64,000 bases of DNA from an uncultured Candidatus Saccharibacteria bacterium (GTDB lineage Bacteria; Patescibacteriota; Minisyncoccia; Phycocordibacterales; UBA5272), in contig CAZIHL010000002.1 in NCBI GenBank assembly GCA_964538815.1, forward strand, positions 570 to 64,569. The letters run 5' to 3'. The notes under the pieces were generated by a model. That model was not told the DNA's origin and did no database searches. It saw only the letters and a list, made by a program, of their open reading frames with translations. Made by a program: the position numbers and the translations under genes. How positions within the stretch are numbered: position 1 is the stretch's first letter; each line of letters begins with the position of its first letter. Shown piece by piece: positions 57,901 to 64,000 of this stretch.

Positions 57901-58027
57901 ATTTCAAGAAAATCATAAAGAAGATATTTTAAAGCCAATAAAATTAAAAGAAGGTACTGGATATTTTGGTACATCTACTAGAAAATATTTAAATAATTTA
58001 TTTATAAATATAGTAACAGTTGATTAA
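54965..58027 (+). CDS. Large secreted Cys/Tyr/Asn-rich surface protein with PG-binding domains at both the N- and C-terminus
   Basis: Signal peptide; N-terminal GEVSKLQAYLYDLGYLNVKPTGYFGELTKAAVIKYQQSRGIDPVG and C-terminal GEEVLKLQKILISFGENIEATGYFGKKTKEALKRFQ (PG_binding_1-like); an Asn9 tract. Confidence 0.6.
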   Translation: MKKILFILTIILSFSFISVNAQSCYKYTSPMSVGSKDSTTNGEVSKLQAYLYDLGYLNVKPTGYFGELTKAAVIKYQQSRGIDPVGSAGPITRLSLSNECNTANNNNNNNNNYYAGNYNLSNNKDVLNNASNQTGTQSQVQVTFYSLDENVTLKVPLGSILNLPSLPTRSKFSSYVFVGWYVDQSYTTAYSNQPIVNNTNLYAKWVKNCSTNGVVYPNDCDSTNIASSTANKTEVVSTKVCIINGISITVASNINCDTLKTNANNMATSTATSTANKDNSNNSGGIYKYPNSNVTGVIKYCIIYRNINKYAPVGNAKGQTYAYKLPQVIAYVDLGGMDCAEGVSFNYIDKAFVKVEPYTQSKVYKCSINNNNILPYYTSIETGCREILDDIAGVPNWKATEKIVDVSETTSFFNEDKENNIPSAGLPPVWYNDENHYKDVLNWPGVKKCTAGIWTIKWPSNLDCPIGYDVRNNLPGGATNENNGMSHIYSDMNEKSTEKKLLDDGIVNIVKNGEYPFTYHGVALETEMVKYTARYCIWGNILYYAKIDREYSSKCPKPDSTNNWTINFQKDLFPKYYGKLYNGDSIDYWRNPIKIEKANPIPLEDKYLPIEIFYNTTTELNFSKYSLDGYYFDGVYSDFTYKNLVSDTKIVAPDGVNNLINYVKWSKVCPNGKKIIWPNTCNYVEKNSHYGIYAVNDSNINGSMIPLMMWNIQNPISDNWLKQANRIPHEFAGAFSDKEYKNKIALSGATYLTSDMYLKWTLNCSDGSTVVYPDYCPANTKIATSTYTINFNYRSKGENRKVLIPTNAPLTLSIDMPKDEFVSHKTRAWLVNLDKQKKFIGDKSPKGYVIDKWSYESVSMTTDGFNPKITKIDVKISENYEPGKYVIMFCTPEQPVACLDYNEKDGVSDVFELVTSLSGVGSGQQGSVLGVSTYQFSDELKKGDKGEEVLKLQKILISFGENIEATGYFGKKTKEALKRFQENHKEDILKPIKLKEGTGYFGTSTRKYLNNLFINIVTVD

Positions 58028-58044
58028 TATTAAATATTTAAAAT

Positions 58045-58080
58045 CAAAACACCCTAAATCAATTTAGGGTGTTTTGATTT
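58045..58080 (+). terminator. Rho-independent terminator
   Basis: aaaacaccctaaatcaatttagggtgttttgattt. Confidence 0.65.
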
Positions 58081-58278
58081 GTAGTAGTATCTTTACTTTT
58101 ATTTGCGTGTTTTATTTGCATATTTGTTAAATATGTGATAATATTTAGAGTATTCACTTGATATTAAGTTAAGTTTTTTCTCAAGTGGCTATTATTATTA
58201 GAATAAATAAGTCCAATATTATTTCGCGAATAGATGTAGAAATAACAACGACTTTTAATTAATTTATATAAATTTATT

Positions 58279-59472
58279 ATGGCAGAATTTTCAAGAACAA
58301 AGCCACATGTAAATGTGGGAACAATTGGTCATGTAGACCATGGAAAAACAACTTTAACAGCCGGTATTCTTAATGTGCTTCATCTTCAAAATCCAAATAT
58401 TAAGATAAAAGGTGTAGATGAAATCGATAAAGCGCCAGAAGAAAAGGCGCGTGGAATCACAATTTCTCTTTCTCACTCAGAATATGAGTCAGATGCAAGA
58501 CATTACGCACACATTGACGCTCCAGGGCACGCGGATTACATTAAAAATATGATCACTGGTGCAGCTCAAATGGATGGTGCTATTCTAGTGGTAGCAGCTA
58601 CTGATGGACCTATGCCACAAACTCGTGAGCATGTTCTTCTAGCAAAGCAAGTAGGAGTTCCAAGATTTGTAGTTTTCTTAAATAAATGTGATATGGTCGA
58701 AGATCAAGATATGCTTGAGCTTGTAGAAGAAGAAATTAGAGAACTTCTAACAAAGAATGGATATGACGGAGCTAATACTCCAGTCATCAAAGGCTCAGGG
58801 TTAAAAGCTTCAGAAGCGAAAGATCTTAATGACCCTTGGGCACAAAAAATTGTTGAACTTATGAATGCTCTTGATACATGGATTCCAGAGCCAGTTCGTG
58901 AATTAGACAAACCTTTTCTAATGCCAATTGAAGATATTTTCACAATCGAAGGTCGTGGAACAGTGGTAACAGGAAGAATTGAAAGAGGACAAATCAAATT
59001 AAACGAAGAAGTTGAAATTGTTGGTCTTAGTGATACAGCAAAAACAACAGTTACAGGTATTGAAATGTTTAATAAACAACTTTCAGAAGGTATGGCCGGT
59101 GATAATGCTGGACTACTTTTAAGAGGTGTTAAAAAAGAAGATTTAATGAGAGGACAAGTTTTAGCAAAGCCAGGTTCAATTACTCCTCATACAGAATTTG
59201 AATGTGAAGTTTATGTTCTTAAAAAAGAAGAAGGAGGAAGACATACACCATTTTTAAATGGATATAAACCTCAATTCTATGTACGTACAACTGATGTAAC
59301 TGGAGAATGTACACTTCCAGCAGGTTCAGAAATGGTTATGCCAGGAGATACAATTAAAGGTATGAATGTAAAACTTATTGCGCCTATTGCTCTTGAAGAG
59401 CAAGGAAGATTTGCTATTCGTGAAGGAGGCAAAACTGTTGGTGCTGGAGTTGTAACAAAAATTATTGCTTAG
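58279..59472 (+). CDS. tuf: Elongation factor Tu
   Basis: [22 protein letters not shown], and 397 aa full length. Confidence 0.95.
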   Translation: MAEFSRTKPHVNVGTIGHVDHGKTTLTAGILNVLHLQNPNIKIKGVDEIDKAPEEKARGITISLSHSEYESDARHYAHIDAPGHADYIKNMITGAAQMDGAILVVAATDGPMPQTREHVLLAKQVGVPRFVVFLNKCDMVEDQDMLELVEEEIRELLTKNGYDGANTPVIKGSGLKASEAKDLNDPWAQKIVELMNALDTWIPEPVRELDKPFLMPIEDIFTIEGRGTVVTGRIERGQIKLNEEVEIVGLSDTAKTTVTGIEMFNKQLSEGMAGDNAGLLLRGVKKEDLMRGQVLAKPGSITPHTEFECEVYVLKKEEGGRHTPFLNGYKPQFYVRTTDVTGECTLPAGSEMVMPGDTIKGMNVKLIAPIALEEQGRFAIREGGKTVGAGVVTKIIA

Positions 59473-59524
59473 TATTAATTAATAAAATCAAATCGTTCTT
59501 TTAATTAAATTATTTGTAAAAAAT

Positions 59525-59965
59525 ATGGCAGAAAAAAAAGTTATAAAAGAAAAAAAAACAGCCACTAAAAAAGTAGCTACTAAAAAAGCTATTGTTAAAA
59601 AAAATTCAACAAAATCTGACAATGATTTTCCAAAATCAAAATCTATTAAGAAAAGTGATGAAAATAAACTTCGTATCTTAGTAAAAGCTTATGAACCAAA
59701 AGTATTAGATTTATCTGTTAAACAAATAATTGATACAGCAAAGAGATTTGATGTTAATATCTGTGGACCAATACCGCTCCCAATTGAAATATCAAAATAT
59801 ACAGTAAATAGATCTACATTTATTTATAAAAATGCGAGAGAACAATTTGAAATTAGAGTTCATAAAAGATTAATTGATATTCTTAACCCAAACCCAAAAC
59901 TAATTGAATCTTTAACAAATTTATCGCTACCTTCAGGAGTAGATATAAATGTTAAAATGGGTTAG
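59525..59965 (+). CDS. rpsJ: 30S ribosomal protein S10 with ~45-aa Lys-rich N-terminal extension
   Basis: Core RILVKAYEPKVLDLSVKQIIDTAKRFDVNICGPIPLP...RVHKRLIDI, preceded by MAEKKVIKEKKTATKKVATKKAIVKK... Confidence 0.85.
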   Translation: MAEKKVIKEKKTATKKVATKKAIVKKNSTKSDNDFPKSKSIKKSDENKLRILVKAYEPKVLDLSVKQIIDTAKRFDVNICGPIPLPIEISKYTVNRSTFIYKNAREQFEIRVHKRLIDILNPNPKLIESLTNLSLPSGVDINVKMG

Positions 59966-60043
59966 TTTTAAAAAATTACTAATTAAATAAATCGACCAAT
60001 GTCTACATCTTTAAAGATTGTAGTTATGTCGTTTCTGAAAAAT

Positions 60044-60655
60044 ATGAAATTTACAATTGCCGTAAAACAGAACATGACTCAATTTTTTGACGATGAAGGA
60101 GTAGTACATCCTGCGACTATATTGTCAGCGAGTCCACTTACTGTTACTCAAGTAAAGACAAAAGAAAATGATGGTTATGAGGCGGTGCAAATAGCATCTA
60201 TTCCTCAAAAGAAAGAAAGAGTTTCAAAGAGTGTTTTAGGACACACTGGGAATGAAGCTTTCAAAGTTCTTAAAGAATTTAAAACAAATCCTGGCGATTT
60301 GCAAAAAGGTGCTAGTATAAATCTTGATATATTCCAAGCTGGAGATATTGTAACTATTTCTGGTGTATCTAAAGGTAAAGGATTTCAAGGTGTAGTTAAA
60401 AGACATGGCTTTAAAGGAGGTTGGGGACAGCATGGTCAAAAGCACTCTCTTCGTGAGCCAGGATCTATCGGAGGTGGAGGTCGTGCCGGAGGTAGAGTTG
60501 CTAAAGGTATGCGCATGGCAGGAAGAATGGGTTCTGATAAGATTACACAAAAGAATGTAAAAGTTTTAGATGTGGATGCTACGAATGGAATTATTCTTGT
60601 TCAAGGTGCGGTGCCAGGAAAAAGAGGAACAATTATTGAAATAACTCAAAAATAA
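60044..60655 (+). CDS. rplC: 50S ribosomal protein L3
   Basis: Start reassigned to MKFTIAVKQNMTQFFDDEG (compare MIGLVGKKVGMTRIFTEDG); GKGFQGVVKRHGFKGG. Confidence 0.85.
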   Translation: MKFTIAVKQNMTQFFDDEGVVHPATILSASPLTVTQVKTKENDGYEAVQIASIPQKKERVSKSVLGHTGNEAFKVLKEFKTNPGDLQKGASINLDIFQAGDIVTISGVSKGKGFQGVVKRHGFKGGWGQHGQKHSLREPGSIGGGGRAGGRVAKGMRMAGRMGSDKITQKNVKVLDVDATNGIILVQGAVPGKRGTIIEITQK

Positions 60656-60659
60656 ATTT

Positions 60660-61322
60660 ATGAAAATAAAAGTATATAATCAACAAGCGAAAGAAGTACG
60701 CGAAATTGATCTACCAGAAAATATTTTTGGGTTAGATTTTAATGGAGATTTAGTTTCTCAAGTGCTTTATATTCAAAGATCAAATCAAAGAGCCGGTACT
60801 GCTCACACTAAAGATAGAAGTGAAGTAAGAGGATCAAATCAAAAACCTTGGAAACAAAAAGGCACAAGTAGAGCTCGTCATGGGTCAAAAAGATCACCAA
60901 TTTGGAAAGGGGGAGGAGTTACTCATGGGCCTAAGAGTGATAAAAGCTATAAAAGAGATCTTCCAAAAAATATGAGAAATGCAGCATTATTTAATATTCT
61001 TTCTGCAAAATTAAAAGATGGAAAAATTCTCTTTGTAGATGAGATAAAATCAGCAAATGCAAAAACAAAAGATTCTGTTGAAATAATGAAAAATATTGCT
61101 ACTATTAAGAATTTTGAAAATTTAACTTTCAAGAAAAAAGGAAATGTTTATATGACTTTTCCAAAGCTTGAAATAAATGAGAAAAGATCATTTAGAAATA
61201 TTCCATATGTCTTAGCACATAATATGGAAGATCTAAATCCTTCAGATTTAGCAAATGCTAGATATCTTGTTATTACAAATCCAGAAACTACAGTCGAGTA
61301 TCTTCAAAATAAATTAAAGTAA
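60660..61322 (+). CDS. rplD: 50S ribosomal protein L4
   Basis: KPWKQKGTSRARHGSKRSPIWKGGGVTHGPK. Confidence 0.9.
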   Translation: MKIKVYNQQAKEVREIDLPENIFGLDFNGDLVSQVLYIQRSNQRAGTAHTKDRSEVRGSNQKPWKQKGTSRARHGSKRSPIWKGGGVTHGPKSDKSYKRDLPKNMRNAALFNILSAKLKDGKILFVDEIKSANAKTKDSVEIMKNIATIKNFENLTFKKKGNVYMTFPKLEINEKRSFRNIPYVLAHNMEDLNPSDLANARYLVITNPETTVEYLQNKLK

Positions 61323-61326
61323 AACT

Positions 61327-61653
61327 ATGGCTAAGAAAATAGAAAAAGAAACAAAAGAAGTGGTAGCAAAAGAGAATGCTAAAAGTGAATCTTTAATTAT
61401 TTCACCAAGACTGACTGAAAAAGCTTCAAATCTTTCATCACAAAATGTTTATACATTTAATGTAAAAGAAAATGCTACTAAAATTTCTTTAGCGAAAGAA
61501 ATTGAAAAAGTTTATAAGGTAAAACCAATAAAAATAACAGTGATTAACAATCCAAGACAAGCTGTATTTTCTAGAGGCAAATTAGGATTTAAGTCTAGAT
61601 TTAAGAAAGCGTCAGTATTTCTAAAAAAGGGAGATAAAATAAATCTAGCTTAA
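61327..61653 (+). CDS. rplW: 50S ribosomal protein L23
   Basis: ISPRLTEKAS...YTFNVKENATKISLAKEIEKVYKVKPIKITVIN. Confidence 0.85.
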   Translation: MAKKIEKETKEVVAKENAKSESLIISPRLTEKASNLSSQNVYTFNVKENATKISLAKEIEKVYKVKPIKITVINNPRQAVFSRGKLGFKSRFKKASVFLKKGDKINLA

Positions 61654-61704
61654 ATTATTAAATAATGGCCGATTAAGCCGACAATTAATCAAGTATTGAA
61701 AACT

Positions 61705-62547
61705 ATGAAAAAATATAAACCAACAACTCCGTCGAGAAGAACAATGACAGGAATTGATTACAGAAAAGTTCTTTCTGGGGATAAACCTTTGAAATCTTTG
61801 AAAAAAGGTTTTAGTAGAGGAACTGGAAGAAATGCTATGGGTAGAATTACCACATACTATAAAGGTTCTGGACACAAAAGAAGTTACAGAGATGTAGACT
61901 TCAAATACAACAAAATTGATATCCCTGCAAAAATTACTACAATTGAATATGATCCAAACAGATCAGGATTCATCGGACTTGCAGTGTTTGCCGATGGAGA
62001 AAAAAGATATATACTTCTTCCAAAAGAAGTAAAAGTAGGAGATAAATTTATCGTTTCAGAAAAGACCGATCTTAATCCTGGAAATAGATGTATATTAAGA
62101 AATATTCCTGTAGGAACTAATATTTATAATATTGAGATTAAAAAGGGAGCTGGAGCAAAAATGGTAAGAAGTGCTGGAAGTTTTGCACAAGTAGTAGCTC
62201 ATGATAATGGATGGACATCAATTAAACTTCCTTCAACAGAAGTTCGTAAAATTCCAGATTTTTGTTATGCATCAATTGGCTCGGTATCAAACGATGAATA
62301 TAGATTAAGAGTTATAGGAAAGGCAGGAAGAAGTAGATGGCTTGGACTACGTCCTAAAACTCGTGCTAAAGCTAAAAATCCAGTAGATCATCCATATGGA
62401 GGAGGAGAAGGTTCACAACCAAGAGGTACAAAGAAGCCAAAAACAGCAACAGGTAAAATTACAGGAGGTCGTAAAACAAGAAGAAGTAAAAAATACTCAA
62501 ATCCTCATATTATCACAAGGAGAGTTAAGGGTAGAAAGTCTAAATAA
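61705..62547 (+). CDS. rplB: 50S ribosomal protein L2
   Basis: MKKYKPTTPSRRTM... and the GGGEGSQPRGTKKPK C-terminal region. Alternative TTG start at 61696. Confidence 0.9.
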   Translation: MKKYKPTTPSRRTMTGIDYRKVLSGDKPLKSLKKGFSRGTGRNAMGRITTYYKGSGHKRSYRDVDFKYNKIDIPAKITTIEYDPNRSGFIGLAVFADGEKRYILLPKEVKVGDKFIVSEKTDLNPGNRCILRNIPVGTNIYNIEIKKGAGAKMVRSAGSFAQVVAHDNGWTSIKLPSTEVRKIPDFCYASIGSVSNDEYRLRVIGKAGRSRWLGLRPKTRAKAKNPVDHPYGGGEGSQPRGTKKPKTATGKITGGRKTRRSKKYSNPHIITRRVKGRKSK

Positions 62548-62596
62548 TTAACTATTTTTGCAAAAAAAGTCAAAATATAGTATATTTTAAAATAAT

Positions 62597-63031
62597 ATGC
62601 CCACAATTAATCAATTAATTAAAAATAAAAGAAAGAAAATTACCAAAAAGTCAAGGTCTGTAACATTGGCTCAAGGTTGGAATTCTGTACATAATAGAGC
62701 TAATTTCTATAATTCTCCTTTCAAAAGAGGTGTTTGTGTTAAAGTTACAACAACAACTCCTAAAAAACCTAACTCAGCTTTACGTAAAATAGCTAGGGTG
62801 AGATTGACAAATCAGCAAGAAGTTACGGCATACATTCCTGGTATTAAACATAAATTACAAGAACATTCTGTAGTTATGATTCGTGGCGGTAGAGTAAAAG
62901 ACTTGGCTGGTGTTAGATATCATATCGTGCGTGGCCGTCTTGATGCTACAGGGGTAGAAAATAGAAAACAGGGGCGTTCAAAATATGGTGCTAAAAAACC
63001 AAAAACTGGAACTGCTACAGTTAAAAAATAA
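62597..63031 (+). CDS. rpsL: 30S ribosomal protein S12 (with ~10-aa insertion near the N-terminus)
   Basis: [69 protein letters not shown] aligns residue-for-residue with S12. Confidence 0.9.
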   Translation: MPTINQLIKNKRKKITKKSRSVTLAQGWNSVHNRANFYNSPFKRGVCVKVTTTTPKKPNSALRKIARVRLTNQQEVTAYIPGIKHKLQEHSVVMIRGGRVKDLAGVRYHIVRGRLDATGVENRKQGRSKYGAKKPKTGTATVKK

Positions 63032-63048
63032 TTTAGTAAAATCTACAA

Positions 63049-63078
63049 AAAGAGACATAAAAATGTCTCTTTTTGTAT
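63049..63078 (+). terminator. Rho-independent terminator after rpsL
   Basis: aaagagacataaaaatgtctctttttgtattttt. Confidence 0.65.
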
Positions 63079-63180
63079 TTTTATAGATAAAACTTTTCCA
63101 CAAAAAACCTTTTACTATAAAGCTTTTTTTAACTTTTTAAGTGTATAATGTATATGATGGGTAATAGAATTTAATTTTGT

Positions 63181-64000
63181 GTTTAATCCATTTAAAAATA
63201 TAAAAACTTACAGCAAACTAAACATAGTCAAGAGATTAATACTTGGCAGTATTTTGTCATTGTCTATAACAAATTCCATAGCGGCTGTTAATATTAAAGA
63301 ATTATCAAGTTGGGATACTTTTTCTGTAAAAGTATATTGTGGATTAAATGATTTTCTTGGTTTAAAAGATTCCAAGTGTGATACAAATATTTATGATCTA
63401 AATAAAGTACAAAACGAAGCTTTTAAAGAAAATTTAGTAAATCAAATTACAGTTATTCAAAATCAACTTAATAATTTAAGTAATAATTCCACCCCTATAC
63501 TAAGTTATATAAATAACACCACAGGAAAAGAGATAATTTTTTTACAAGGACCTAAAGGTGAAAAAGGAGATAGAGGTGACAAAGGAGAACAAGGTTTAGA
63601 TGGTGTAAACGGTCAGAGTGTAAGTGTAAGTCCTAGTTATCAGTATGTTCCAATAAATCCTTCTGTGATAAATGGACAAGATGGTAAAGATGGTTCATAT
63701 ATAAATTTGATAACTCAAAATGCTACTTCTACTATATATTATATTTATAATCCAAATGATTTATCAACATCAACAATAGTCGTACCAGCACCAACTAGTA
63801 CTGGTAATTTTTCAACATCTACAATATTACAAATTGTAGATGACGCTTTAATAAATTCACTTTTATATTCATCATCAACAAACACTTTTATATCAAATGT
63901 TAATGGTAAAATCTCTTCCACGACAATAGGATCATTAAATAATATTTCTTTAAACGGTACAACGACAGCAGATAATTTCTTCTCAAATATCTTAAATGCT
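63181..64000 (+). CDS. Partial CDS (runs off window): secreted protein with collagen-like Gly-X-Y repeats and a Ser/Thr/Asn-rich region
   Basis: GTG start at 63181; signal-like KRLILGSILSLSITNSIAAV; GPKGEKGDRGDKGEQGLDGVNGQ and DGKDGS triplet repeats. The frame is open to the window end. Confidence 0.5.

Noticed and set aside
1-64000. Alternative genetic code (UGA=Gly, code 25) as in some CPR lineages
   Set aside because: Universal proteins (EF-Tu, L2, L3, L4, NusA, ClpP, UvrD) are full-length with standard stops, so there is no evidence of in-frame TGA recoding.

Overview
The window is AT-rich (roughly 28-30% GC by eye) and compact, with standard-code full-length orthologs (no UGA recoding). 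Low GC, small proteomes and Lys/Asn-rich low-complexity tails suggest a CPR/Patescibacteria-like or similarly reduced bacterium. The left 14.7 kb is a tightly packed minus-strand operon that I interpret as a minimal type-IV-secretion-like apparatus. It has a VirB4 ATPase split into two ORFs, a PrgI/VirB3-like membrane protein, a 1129-aa VirB6-like polytopic protein with a long Asn/Gln/Lys-rich cytoplasmic tail, and a secreted SLT-lytic-transglycosylase plus LAS/M15-peptidase hydrolase, alongside several secreted or anchored proteins of unknown function. No VirD4 or relaxase is in the window. The rest is housekeeping: ksgA, uvrD/pcrA, LysM-M23 peptidase, yifB/comM, NYN, rpsO, xerC/D-like, xth, pgk, a divergent tpiA, nusA, ppa, tig, rsmE, hup, clpP, rny, yraN, ung, cca, recJ, rnhA, ComEC split into channel and MBL genes, rpmB, an M50 site-2-protease homolog, tuf, and rpsJ-rplC-rplD-rplW-rplB followed unusually by rpsL. 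An RNA island holds tRNA-Gly(GCC), RNase P RNA, tRNA-Gly(UCC) and tRNA-Arg(UCG), with tRNA-Pro nearby. Several large secreted surface proteins carry PG-binding domains and collagen-like GXY repeats. Non-coding highlights are a 650-bp intergenic region at a global gene-strand switch packed with TTTCAC-N-GTGAAA palindromes (candidate oriC or operator array), a dispersed ~115-bp repeat family carrying perfect DnaA boxes (TTATCCACA), a family of GC-rich terminator hairpins with a conserved CCGAAGG apex, and a duplicated tRNA-Gly 3' end that looks like an att scar.
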